Virus record (IMG/VR): IMGVR_UViG_645951848_000002
Strand: one strand, 5' to 3'
Length of the DNA stretch: 64,000 nucleotides
From: a virus
Taxonomy: Duplodnaviria; Heunggongvirae; Uroviricota; Caudoviricetes
The translations under genes were made by a program, and so were the position numbers. Shown in pieces: positions 55,156 to 64,000 of the stretch (positions within the stretch are counted from its first letter, which is position 1; each line of letters starts with the position of its first letter). The notes below the pieces were generated by a model that worked only from the letters and a program-made list of their open reading frames with translations, made no database searches and was not told the DNA's origin.

Positions 55156-56589
55156 TCAATTTTTTTCTTGTTTTATATTTATAATATCAAATGTATTTCC
55201 AGAGTAAAAATTTTTAAAACTTTCACTAAGTTGCTCAGTTAATACAAAATGATATTTTTGTATATTGCTATTTAAATTTTTATCATAATAAAAATACCCA
55301 TCAGTAATATTTATTACTTCTATTGGTTCTTTATATCTTTCATTAAGATATTTATGAAATTCTGTTACATCTGTTCCACCAGTAGAATAAACTTTTTTCT
55401 TTGCAAATTCCTTTATATCATTTACATCTTCAAAATAAGTTTTATTTTGTTTAATATCATTATTACTCCAATAAATAATATCAAATAAATAATCTTTCTT
55501 TTTCTTATTTAATCCATATAACATATTTATAAATAGATTTAAATCTTGTTCAGATATTGATCCAGATACATCTATTCCTATTATTAATTTATATCCATTA
55601 GTTTTTAAATTTCCTTTAAAAACAATTTCAGAACCTTGTTTTTTTCTATGAAGTTTCTTATACGATTTTTCTGTATTTTTTCCTAAAGCTTTTGTTATGA
55701 TTCTTTTTAATTTTAAAATATTTAAAAAATAATCTGGTTTAATCGAATTTGCTTTTCTTTCAAATAATTCAGATTCTGCTGTAGAATAATTTTGACTTTT
55801 TAATTCATTTTCCAGTACTTCTATTTTATTTTTAAATATTTCTTTAATTGAATTTTCTGAAAGATTTTTATTTTTTTCATTTTTTGGTTCACTGACTTTA
55901 CATAAACTATGTTCATCTATTTTTAAATTTTCTTCATTTTCAGTATTGTTATTTTTATTATTACCATTTTTATCTTTACAATTATCGTTTGATGGACTAT
56001 TTTTTTTAGTTCCATTATTTATCAAAAATTTTATTAATTTAATATCAGTCCATTGTTGTCTTAATTCTTCTTCTTTTGGTAATCCAGAAATATTGTTAAA
56101 ATTACAAAGTTCAGATATAGAATCATAGTTTATACCATCTATTTTTTTATTTTTAAGTTTTTCATATACATGTTTTCCTATTAATTCATTACAATAAGCG
56201 TTTACATAATAATCTTGAACTATATTTGAAAGTTCATGATAACCATCTTTATCAAATTCTTCAAATCTTTGAAAATGATAAAAATAATTATGTAGAAGTT
56301 CATGAAAAATCAAGTATAAAAATTCTTCAGCTGTGAATTTTTTCTTTTCCATTTTTTCAAAATTTAAAAAAATATCTATTCTTTCAGAATCTATATTTAA
56401 TTTAGTATAAGCTAAAGCAAATTTATGTTCTTGTTCTACATTTTTAATTTCACAAATTGAAATTAATAAATTAATAAAAAAAGGAAATTTATTTCTATAA
56501 GCTAAGAACAGTTTATCAAGTAACTCTCTTTGTCCTATACCTTTACTTAAATCAAATTCAAAATTTTGTTCTGCTATTTTTACAATCAT
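55156..56589 (-). CDS. VWA-domain protein with an N-terminal HExxH metallopeptidase-like domain (partner of MoxR-type ATPase)
   Basis: FHELLHNYFYHF contains HExxH. The C-terminal IGIDVSGSISEQDL is the VWA MIDAS motif DxSGS. It lies immediately downstream of the AAA+ gene. Confidence 0.65.
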   Translation of the reverse strand: MIVKIAEQNFEFDLSKGIGQRELLDKLFLAYRNKFPFFINLLISICEIKNVEQEHKFALAYTKLNIDSERIDIFLNFEKMEKKKFTAEEFLYLIFHELLHNYFYHFQRFEEFDKDGYHELSNIVQDYYVNAYCNELIGKHVYEKLKNKKIDGINYDSISELCNFNNISGLPKEEELRQQWTDIKLIKFLINNGTKKNSPSNDNCKDKNGNNKNNNTENEENLKIDEHSLCKVSEPKNEKNKNLSENSIKEIFKNKIEVLENELKSQNYSTAESELFERKANSIKPDYFLNILKLKRIITKALGKNTEKSYKKLHRKKQGSEIVFKGNLKTNGYKLIIGIDVSGSISEQDLNLFINMLYGLNKKKKDYLFDIIYWSNNDIKQNKTYFEDVNDIKEFAKKKVYSTGGTDVTEFHKYLNERYKEPIEVINITDGYFYYDKNLNSNIQKYHFVLTEQLSESFKNFYSGNTFDIINIKQEKN

Positions 56590-56602
56590 TTTTTACTCCT
56601 TT

Positions 56603-56632
56603 AAAAAAAAGGTAGAATAATTCTACCTTTTT
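56603..56632 (-). terminator. hairpin with T-run between the AAA+ and VWA genes (terminator or attenuator)
   Basis: GGTAGAA-TAAT-TCTACC hairpin, followed on the minus strand by T8. Confidence 0.5.
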
Positions 56633-57887
56633 AATTTGCTTTTAAATTTGCTGAATCCATTATTTGTTGACATAGCTTTGAATAACTTTCATCTTTAGAA
56701 TCAACCATATCTCCTATTTTATCAATTATATCTAAAAATTTAGACATTAATTTATTTGAAATAGAACTATCTTTTTCTAACATTAATTTTATTTTTGATT
56801 TTAAATCAGAAATTAAAGAAACAGCTAATATTTGATCATTTCTAAAAACGAAAAGAATATCTTTTAAATTATCAAGTAAATAATTTTTTTCTTTTGTTAA
56901 AGTTTCATTTAAAATAAAAGTTTTAGTTCTTATTTTTAATTCAGTTAATATTTCTTCTTTATCTATAACTTTTCCTTTTTTATTTTTTATTTCATTTCCC
57001 TCTTCTAAACCTTTTCCTTGAATTATTTCTTTATGTATATCTATTTCTTGTAATTGTTTTAAAAGAACTAATTTATTCAATAAAGCTGATTTAGTTTTTG
57101 AGTTAAAGAAATATTCTCCATAGGATGAAATATCATTTCTTCCTTCATCATAAGAATTTATTCCTAGCTTATTCCATCTATTATTTAATAAATTCCAAGA
57201 ACCCAATTGAGTATCTTGTTCAAGTTCTTTAGAAGCTTTATCATGATTAACTATATCTGACATAGGTAATAGTTCCATACATTCAGTTAATATGCTATTA
57301 TAATTTTTTTCTTTTATAAAATCTATAATATCTTCTTTACATGGAATATATTCAATGAAAATTTGTCTTCTTCTTAATGCTGAATCTGAAAAATCAAAAT
57401 TTGTAATATATTGTTCTCCATAATTTGAACAAGCTAATACTCTCATGTTGTTTACTTTTATTCCATTTATTCTTCCTTCTAATAATCCAAATAGTAATGG
57501 AGCAACAGAAGCATCAGCACGAAGAATTTCATCAAATAAAATTAAATAAGTTTTTTGTGGATTATCTATTATTTCTTGAAATACTCCCATATTAATTAGT
57601 TCAACAGTTTTTTCTTCTTTATCTTCATTTCCAAATAACTCATCTTTCTTTTTTATTGTTTTTACTATTGGTAATCTGAAATCTTCAGAAGAAACCCCTT
57701 GTAGTCTTAATATTTTTAATTCATCAATTCCTAATTCTTTTATATTAACTAATTCTTCAGCAATAGTTGTTTTACCAGAACCAGATGGACCTATTAAATG
57801 AATACTAGTAAAAGGCAACATAGTTGCTATTTCTTTTAATAATTCTTTCTTTTCCTTTATTATTATTTGTCCGTAATCTCCTACCAT
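56631..57887 (-). CDS. MoxR-like AAA+ ATPase (AAA_5 family)
   Basis: Walker A is IHLIGPSGSGKTTIAEEL. Walker B is LILFDEILRAD. Sensor and arginine-finger region is SNYGEQYI...SALRRRQIFIEY. Confidence 0.75.
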   Translation of the reverse strand: MVGDYGQIIIKEKKELLKEIATMLPFTSIHLIGPSGSGKTTIAEELVNIKELGIDELKILRLQGVSSEDFRLPIVKTIKKKDELFGNEDKEEKTVELINMGVFQEIIDNPQKTYLILFDEILRADASVAPLLFGLLEGRINGIKVNNMRVLACSNYGEQYITNFDFSDSALRRRQIFIEYIPCKEDIIDFIKEKNYNSILTECMELLPMSDIVNHDKASKELEQDTQLGSWNLLNNRWNKLGINSYDEGRNDISSYGEYFFNSKTKSALLNKLVLLKQLQEIDIHKEIIQGKGLEEGNEIKNKKGKVIDKEEILTELKIRTKTFILNETLTKEKNYLLDNLKDILFVFRNDQILAVSLISDLKSKIKLMLEKDSSISNKLMSKFLDIIDKIGDMVDSKDESYSKLCQQIMDSANLKAN

Positions 57888-57913
57888 TTTTTACTCTCCT
57901 TTATAATTTAAAA

Positions 57914-59065
57914 TTAAATATTAAAAAAAAGAACACTTTTTTTATGTTCTTTTAACAATTTATTTTCATATTTATTTACATTTTTCCAAATATCTATTAC
58001 TACACTTTTATCTCCAAACAACTCGTTATCATTTCTAATTAAATATAATTTATTCTTAAAAAATATTAAATTATATTCAATAGAGTTTTTTGTTTCATTT
58101 ATTTCAATTGAAATTTTTTTAATTATTGTTAAATTTTTATAATTTATTTCTTCCATATTATAAAAATTACCTAATTTTATTTCAATATCAGAAAAAAATA
58201 AATATTTTTCTTTTGTTAAATTAAAACCTTTTTTTACATTAGATTGATTTGAAAATTTATAATTTAATAGATTATATTGATGAAATTCATTGTTATTTAT
58301 ATCATAAAAAAGTCCATCAAATATTATTTTATTTTTATCTATTTTTAATATTTTATTTTCAAATATCGTTTCTGTTTTTACAATTAATTCTTTGTTTTTA
58401 TTATATATTTTTATAAAATATTTATTATATATTAATGAAATAAAAATTGAAAATCTTTTTGTATGTTTAAAAGAAAGGATATGTTCTAACAATATATTTT
58501 CAAAATAAAAATTATTGAAATCATTTATTTTTTTAAAATTTTTATTAAAAAAATAAACATCAGAATAATCTTTTTTATGTAAAGCATAAATATTTAAAGA
58601 TTTTTTGAAAGTTATTTTATAATCTGGTTCAAACATTAATTTAAATAAATTTTTATTTATATTTTTTGTTTTTTTTGAAAAAACTTTTTCAAAGTTTGAC
58701 TTAATATACATTTTATTAGTAAAAATATCAAAATAAACATCTGTTTTTAATCCTTCTATAAAAACTGTATATTTATTTTTTTCTTTAAAATTTATTTTAT
58801 ATTCATTTAAAAGTAAAAAAATTAAAAATAAATTTTTACTTTCTTTCAACCAATCTAATTCTATCAATGTTTCAAATTCAAGATCTTCATTTAAATTTTT
58901 TTTTATATAAAAATATCTTTTTTTTATATTAAATAAAAAATTAAAATTTTCTATGTTTCTTTTATCTTTAAAAACAAGAATATTTTTAATTTTCCATTTT
59001 TCATATTCTTTTTTTAAATTTTTTATTTTTTTTATTAATTCATCATAAAACATTTTACTCTCCAT
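57914..59065 (-). CDS. member 1 of a tandem paralogous family (383 aa), function unknown
   Basis: It shares the N-terminus (YDELIKKIKNLKKEYEKWKIK) and the C-terminus (...YKNL.N..E.IKEN.K...FFN[IL]) with four downstream paralogues and with the pseudogene at 27795..28904. A terminator hairpin (57927..57953) lies in the last codons. Confidence 0.6.
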   Translation of the reverse strand: MESKMFYDELIKKIKNLKKEYEKWKIKNILVFKDKRNIENFNFLFNIKKRYFYIKKNLNEDLEFETLIELDWLKESKNLFLIFLLLNEYKINFKEKNKYTVFIEGLKTDVYFDIFTNKMYIKSNFEKVFSKKTKNINKNLFKLMFEPDYKITFKKSLNIYALHKKDYSDVYFFNKNFKKINDFNNFYFENILLEHILSFKHTKRFSIFISLIYNKYFIKIYNKNKELIVKTETIFENKILKIDKNKIIFDGLFYDINNNEFHQYNLLNYKFSNQSNVKKGFNLTKEKYLFFSDIEIKLGNFYNMEEINYKNLTIIKKISIEINETKNSIEYNLIFFKNKLYLIRNDNELFGDKSVVIDIWKNVNKYENKLLKEHKKSVLFFNI

Positions 59066-60336
59066 TATAAGTTTATTAATAAATTATTTTTTCTATTTTC
59101 CTTAATCAATTCATTATAATTATTCATAAGATTTTTATATATTTTTTTATTATTTTTTCCTTGAATCAATTTAGAATCTTTTTTAATAACAAAAAATTCA
59201 CAATTTAAGAATAAACCAATTAAATTATAGTTATTATTAAAATTAACAAAACATATTTTTTTATTAAAATTATAAAATTGATAAAATATTTCACCTTTTA
59301 ATTCTTCATATCTTTTCAAGCTTAAACCTGTATTGTTTTGTATTTTTAAAATTTTATTTCCATTAGTTAATATTAAATTTGATGAATTTTTTTCAAGTAT
59401 ATCAGATATATCTATTTTAATTTCATTTACATTTTCATCATACAAAATAACTCCATCTTTAATAAAGTAACCATAATATTCTTTATTATTGTATACAATT
59501 TTAGAATTACTTAAAAAATTGATTTTTTTATTTTTTAAATAAATAACCTCATTAACATAATATTTCAACCTCTCAATGTTTTTGTTTTTTGAATAATAAA
59601 TTGCCCTTATGTTTCCAGGTTCTATATTTAATTCTTTTATATTATTTTTAATAAAAGTTAAATCTCCATGAAAAGATTCAAAATCATCATCAAAATTAGA
59701 AAAGCTATTGCTTTTTATGTTATAAAAAATAGTTTTGTTTTTAAAATTTAATTTGATGATATTTTCTACTTTTTCATTTATAAAAAAATCAATTATATTT
59801 TTTATATTTTTTTTTAATTTATAGAAAGTTTTTGTTTTGTTTGTAACATATAGTATTTTTTCAAAATTACTTGTTACGTAGAAGAAATTAATCAAATTAC
59901 TATTATTTAAAAAATGTCCAGATTTTTTATCATAAAAATAATAAAAATGAAACAATTTATTTTCTATACAAAATATACTATTATGATTTTTTGTTTCTTT
60001 AATTCTTAAATGACTGAAGTCTTCATTTCTTTTATAATAAATATTTAAAAATAATAGAAAAAGACAACGTTTTATATTTGATTCAAAATTTTCATTTTCG
60101 TTATACATTCCTTCAATTTCATATTTTGAAATATAACTAAGATCTTTAAAAATAATTTTCATATTTTTTGTATAAAGTTCTATTTTATATTCTTTTCTTG
60201 AACTTTTAATTTTATAATTTTCTATATTTTTATTTTCTTTTTTTATTATTTCTATATTGTTTTTCATAAAAAAATTAAAATCTTCTATTATTTTACCAAA
60301 AGCTTCATTGTAGCCATCTGGAACGTTTTTAAACAT
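59065..60336 (-). CDS. member 2 of the tandem paralogous family (423 aa)
   Basis: C-terminus ILKIQNNTGLSLKRYEEL...LIGLFLNCEFFVIKKDSKLIQGKNNKKIYKNLMNNYNELIKENRKNNLLINL. Confidence 0.6.
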   Translation of the reverse strand: MFKNVPDGYNEAFGKIIEDFNFFMKNNIEIIKKENKNIENYKIKSSRKEYKIELYTKNMKIIFKDLSYISKYEIEGMYNENENFESNIKRCLFLLFLNIYYKRNEDFSHLRIKETKNHNSIFCIENKLFHFYYFYDKKSGHFLNNSNLINFFYVTSNFEKILYVTNKTKTFYKLKKNIKNIIDFFINEKVENIIKLNFKNKTIFYNIKSNSFSNFDDDFESFHGDLTFIKNNIKELNIEPGNIRAIYYSKNKNIERLKYYVNEVIYLKNKKINFLSNSKIVYNNKEYYGYFIKDGVILYDENVNEIKIDISDILEKNSSNLILTNGNKILKIQNNTGLSLKRYEELKGEIFYQFYNFNKKICFVNFNNNYNLIGLFLNCEFFVIKKDSKLIQGKNNKKIYKNLMNNYNELIKENRKNNLLINL

Positions 60337-60349
60337 TTTCTCCCCTTTC

Positions 60350-61648
60350 TTAAAAGTTAAATATCATATTACATTTACTATTTTCTTTTTCCAATAAATA
60401 TCTATTATTTATTAACTTTTTATAAATTACATTTATGTTTTTTCCTTTTAACAATTCAGAATTTCTTTTTAAAATAAAAAATTCAGAATCTAATATTATT
60501 CCAATTAAATTAAGATCATAGTTTTCATAAATAATATCAAATTGTTTATTAATACCATCATAAATAATTACTTCATTGTCTTTTTTTTTAAAATTGTAAG
60601 GATTATCATTTTTTTTTATATTTATATTTGTATTATTTTTAATTTCCACTATATCTTTATAGTTGATAAAATTAAATATATTATTTCTGTTTTCTTCTTG
60701 ATTAATTTCTATTGTTTTGATTTTTTCTTTTTCATCATATAAAACCAAAATATTATTGCCTTCAAGACAATAATATTTTTTTCCTTTGTATGTATAAATA
60801 TAAAATTTTTTATTTATTTTTTCTACATTAAAAAAAAGATTTTCTTCAGCATAATGATAAATAACATCAAATGGTCCATTTCTATAATAATCTATTTCAT
60901 AATTAATATTAATATCTGTTATTTGTTTTAACATTAATTCAAGATTATCTTTATCTATTTTTAATTCATTAAAATTAATATCAAAATCTAAGATTCTTTT
61001 TTTGATAGAATCATAAAATAAGGTATTATTTTTATTTTTAATTAAGTATAATTCATTTTTTTTAGATATTAATAAATTTAATTTTTCATCCAATTTATTT
61101 TTATTTAATTTTTTGTATTTTTTTATTATATTTTCTGTAGTTATATTGTTTTTTTCTATTTTATTAAATAGATTTTTATAAAGAAAAATTAATTTAGATA
61201 ATGTTTTGTTAATTATAAATTTTCCACTTTTTAAATCATATAAAAAATAAAATGAATCGTTTATATTTATAACTTCAATAGGATTTAAACTAATTTGTCC
61301 AGTTGTAAACATTTGTATATTATTATTTTGACTTTCATAAACTTTAAGAAACATATAGAATAAATATTTTTTTATCTCTTTTTTTACTTTAAATTTATAA
61401 ATGTTTTTATAGTTATTAAATTTTTCAAAAAAAGATTTAATATCAAAATAATAGTAATAATTTTCAAATGTTATTTCTAAATTTTCTAAATATAAAGTTT
61501 TTTTATTGCACTTATTTGAATTAACAACTTTAAAACCTTCTATTGATTTTCTTTTTTCTTTTATAATTATATTTTTTTTAAAATTTTTAAATTCATTTAT
61601 TAATTTTTTAAATTCTGATTTATATTCATCATCATAAAGATAACACAT
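60350..61648 (-). CDS. member 3 of the tandem paralogous family (432 aa)
   Basis: C-terminus LIGIILDSEFFILKRNSELLKGKNINVIYKKLINNRYLLEKENSKCNMIFNF. Confidence 0.6.
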   Translation of the reverse strand: MCYLYDDEYKSEFKKLINEFKNFKKNIIIKEKRKSIEGFKVVNSNKCNKKTLYLENLEITFENYYYYFDIKSFFEKFNNYKNIYKFKVKKEIKKYLFYMFLKVYESQNNNIQMFTTGQISLNPIEVININDSFYFLYDLKSGKFIINKTLSKLIFLYKNLFNKIEKNNITTENIIKKYKKLNKNKLDEKLNLLISKKNELYLIKNKNNTLFYDSIKKRILDFDINFNELKIDKDNLELMLKQITDININYEIDYYRNGPFDVIYHYAEENLFFNVEKINKKFYIYTYKGKKYYCLEGNNILVLYDEKEKIKTIEINQEENRNNIFNFINYKDIVEIKNNTNINIKKNDNPYNFKKKDNEVIIYDGINKQFDIIYENYDLNLIGIILDSEFFILKRNSELLKGKNINVIYKKLINNRYLLEKENSKCNMIFNF

Positions 61649-61657
61649 AGCAACTCC

Positions 61658-62932
61658 TTAAAAATTATTTTCAAAAACACATTTATTATTTTCTTTTATT
61701 ACTTCTTTTATATTATTTACTAAATTTTTATAAGTTTGTTTCATATTTTTTTCATCAAAAAGATAAAAATCTTTTCTAACCATATAAATTTCATTATTTA
61801 AGAAGAAAACTTTATTGTTCTCATTTTTACTAGGTATAATTGAAAATTTCATTTGTTTTTCATTTATATTGCCATAATATACAAAATTTAATCCAGTATG
61901 ATTTGTTATTTTTATTAGTTGATTACCAAATAAAAGAAATGAAGTACCTTTAGATATTTGCACTTCAGGGATTTCTTTTATGAATTTAGATTTTGAATGT
62001 AATATTATTGGTTCTTCATTTTCTTTTAACAATATTAAATTATTATTATTTATGTCTTTTATTAATGAATATTTAACATTATTATATTTTATTGAATTTT
62101 CAATAAGTTTAAATTTATTGGAATTAATAATTTTATTTATAATCATATTATTAAATAAAACATATCTTAAATTATTATAAACAAATATACAAAATTTTCC
62201 ATATGTACTAATCATAATTTCATCTTTTTTTATATTATATGAGTTTAAATCAATTTCTTTTAAAAAGATTTTTATTTTTGAAATTATATGTTCTGGAATA
62301 TTATGATTCTTATTTAGCTGTCTTAAATTAATTGAATATTTATTTGTTCTTATATTATAAAAGAATCTTTTTTCTTTATATTTGAAACAGAATAAATCTT
62401 TTTCTTTTGAATTCAAATAAAAATCCATTTTTTCAATTAAAAGTTTTTTATTCCTTTTATTCAAAAAAACTTCTTCAAGAATATAAGAAAAGTTAAAATC
62501 TAGCTTTAAAAATTCAATAAATTTTTCTGTTAATTCAGAATCTATAAATTTTCCATCTGAAGTGATATATAAATACAAATCACTTTCATTATCTTTTATT
62601 TTTAGAAAATTATCATATGTTTTGCTTATATAACCATTACAAAATAAGAAATAAAAAAATAAAAAAACTTTATATTTATTTTTATTGTTTAAGCAACTTT
62701 CTGCACTATAAAAATAACTATTTCTAATTAAATATTTATTGTCTACTTCATCTTTATTTGCTTTAATAGAATAGTTATTATAATGTATAGAAATATATTT
62801 TTTACCTACATTTATTTGATTTATTTTATTTTCTTCTCTTTTTTTTATTGTTAATTTACTTTTAAATTCTTTAAATTCTTTAATTAATCTATTCATAAAA
62901 GTATTGTGCTCTTCAGAAAGATTCTTTAACAT
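61658..62932 (-). CDS. member 4 of the tandem paralogous family (424 aa)
   Basis: C-terminus IKITNHTGLNFVYYGN...VFFLNNEIYMVRKDFYLFDEKNMKQTYKNLVNNIKEVIKENNKCVFENNF. Confidence 0.6.
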   Translation of the reverse strand: MLKNLSEEHNTFMNRLIKEFKEFKSKLTIKKREENKINQINVGKKYISIHYNNYSIKANKDEVDNKYLIRNSYFYSAESCLNNKNKYKVFLFFYFLFCNGYISKTYDNFLKIKDNESDLYLYITSDGKFIDSELTEKFIEFLKLDFNFSYILEEVFLNKRNKKLLIEKMDFYLNSKEKDLFCFKYKEKRFFYNIRTNKYSINLRQLNKNHNIPEHIISKIKIFLKEIDLNSYNIKKDEIMISTYGKFCIFVYNNLRYVLFNNMIINKIINSNKFKLIENSIKYNNVKYSLIKDINNNNLILLKENEEPIILHSKSKFIKEIPEVQISKGTSFLLFGNQLIKITNHTGLNFVYYGNINEKQMKFSIIPSKNENNKVFFLNNEIYMVRKDFYLFDEKNMKQTYKNLVNNIKEVIKENNKCVFENNF

Positions 62933-62941
62933 ATACGCTCC

Positions 62942-63889
62942 TTATAAATTAAACATAAATTTACATTTTTCATTTTCCTTTACTAATTTGTTAAAATTAT
63001 TAGATAAGTTCTTATATGTTTGTTTTTCATCTAATAAATCAAGAAACTTAAAATTATTTTTAACCATATATATTTCATTATTAAACATAATTAAAAAAGT
63101 TTTTTCTCCATATTCTCTCAAAATAGTAAATTTTAAGTCTTGTTTATTTAAACATCTGTAATATTTAAAATTAATTTTTGTATTATTTTTTATTTCTAGA
63201 ATTTCATTGTTTATTTTTATTATACTTATATTTTTATCAAAATTATAAATATAATTATTACTTCTCGAAAAATCTCCATTTATATGGAAATGCAATGTTT
63301 TTTCATTTTCCTCATCAATTAAAACTAAATCATTATAAACATTTTGATTTTCATCATATAAGAAATAATATGTTTTATTTTTATAAATTATTTTTTCATT
63401 ATGTTTTTCTAAAAAATAATCTTGTTCTGGAGTTAGTTGTTCATGAATAAAAAAATTTTTAAAAAATGAATAATTGTTTCCTAGATAAATAAATGTGCTA
63501 AAATTATTTTTTTCATCTATTTTAATACTACTTCTATATTCTCTTTTTTCTAATTTTATTTTTTGTAAGAAAATTTCAATTTTTTCTTTTAATTTTATTT
63601 GAAGATTATTATTTATTCCAAAAAAAGTTTTATTTTTTATATTATAAATAAAAGAAATTCTTCTTTTTCCTAAAAATTCAAATTCTATAATATCTTCACT
63701 TTTAGTTTCTTTTGTAAAATCATATAACTTATTAATTGCTTTAAGTTTTTTTATAATATCTTCTGAATTTCTAAAATTCATTAATTGTTTTGAGTACAAA
63801 TCTTTTATTTTTTCCATATCTATATTAAATATTTTACCATTTGATTTTATATAAAAACTTTCTTGACTTTTAACATCTTTTATTTTCAT
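62942..63889 (-). CDS. member 5 of the tandem paralogous family (315 aa)
   Basis: C-terminus ILEIKNNTKINFKYYRCL...TFLIMFNNEIYMVKNNFKFLDLLDEKQTYKNLSNNFNKLVKENEKCKFMFNL. Confidence 0.6.
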   Translation of the reverse strand: MKIKDVKSQESFYIKSNGKIFNIDMEKIKDLYSKQLMNFRNSEDIIKKLKAINKLYDFTKETKSEDIIEFEFLGKRRISFIYNIKNKTFFGINNNLQIKLKEKIEIFLQKIKLEKREYRSSIKIDEKNNFSTFIYLGNNYSFFKNFFIHEQLTPEQDYFLEKHNEKIIYKNKTYYFLYDENQNVYNDLVLIDEENEKTLHFHINGDFSRSNNYIYNFDKNISIIKINNEILEIKNNTKINFKYYRCLNKQDLKFTILREYGEKTFLIMFNNEIYMVKNNFKFLDLLDEKQTYKNLSNNFNKLVKENEKCKFMFNL

Positions 63890-64000
63890 AAAATCTTCAT
63901 TTATTTCAACTGCATAATCTCTATAAATTAAAAAAAATAAAAAAAGAAACAGTTTATGCTTCTTTTTGTTTTTTTCAAGAATTTTGTATGTTAATGAATT

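Noticed and set aside
791-63450. Plus-strand ORFs of 60–133 aa overlapping minus-strand genes (791..1009, 6581..6838, 7507..7713, 12826..13020, 20280..20534, 24971..25189, 25351..25575, 26242..26523, 33091..34267, 42801..43058, 51266..51667, 53352..53561, 60542..60742 and others).
   Set aside because: They are antisense to long, motif-bearing genes and are made of F/L/I/S-rich low-complexity translation typical of the reverse strand of K/N/E-rich coding DNA. None has an RBS or a recognisable motif. The minus-strand ORF 12528..12710, nested inside 12499..12825, was rejected likewise.
1-64000. Integrase, excisionase, att-site direct repeats, terminase or structural genes, and IS elements.
   Set aside because: None were recognised. 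The window appears to be an internal replication and accessory segment. No prophage borders are visible.
63890-64000. Possible start of a sixth array member at the window end.
   Set aside because: Only about 110 nt are available, with no interpretable reading frame. It is left uncalled.

Overview
This 64-kb window is extremely AT-rich (by eye roughly 20% G+C) and very densely coded. Every predicted gene except one lies on the minus strand. Many genes have 1–4-nt start/stop overlaps, and several are followed by rho-independent terminators. The gene content is that of a large, probably virulent, bacteriophage or phage-like element of a low-GC host, read with the standard genetic code (TGG encodes Trp; TAA and TAG are used as stops).

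Recognisable genes:
- Replication, recombination and nucleotide metabolism: a UvrD-like SF1 helicase, an Rnl2-like RNA ligase, a HAD phosphatase, a RuvC-like resolvase, a ParB-like nuclease-domain protein, a RecA-like recombinase with a probable acidic-tailed SSB next to it, a primase-helicase (zinc finger + TOPRIM + DnaB-like), an HU-like protein, an SF2 DEXH helicase, an MBL-fold hydrolase, a ThyA-family enzyme and a dUTPase.
- Other functions: an SLT transglycosylase, an SPFH/flotillin-like protein with an NfeD-like partner, a MoxR-type AAA+ ATPase paired with a VWA/HExxH protein, and a tandem-HTH (XRE) regulator.

Notable features:
- A PolC-type DNA polymerase III alpha gene is split into four exons by three ~1.05–1.1-kb group I introns. 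Each intron carries a homing endonuclease gene: two HNH and one GIY-YIG.
- The polymerase's PHP domain carries a ~270-aa coiled-coil insertion where PolC normally has its proofreading exonuclease.
- A GC-rich 16–18-bp near-palindrome (consensus TTACGCCAGCGTAATT) occurs six times. Four copies sit 13–55 bp upstream of start codons.
- Ten small (84–117 aa) proteins plus one decayed copy share a conserved C-terminal tail (...IKNKIKLYFNL).
- A tandem array of at least five ~315–430-aa paralogues fills the end of the window. A full-length but heavily decayed sixth copy lies 30 kb away and has kept the same terminator hairpin embedded in its last codons.
- Three proteins share an N-terminal 'KIxKIDxxYSxFKII' motif.

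No tRNA genes, rRNA genes, CRISPR arrays, integrase or att sites were found.
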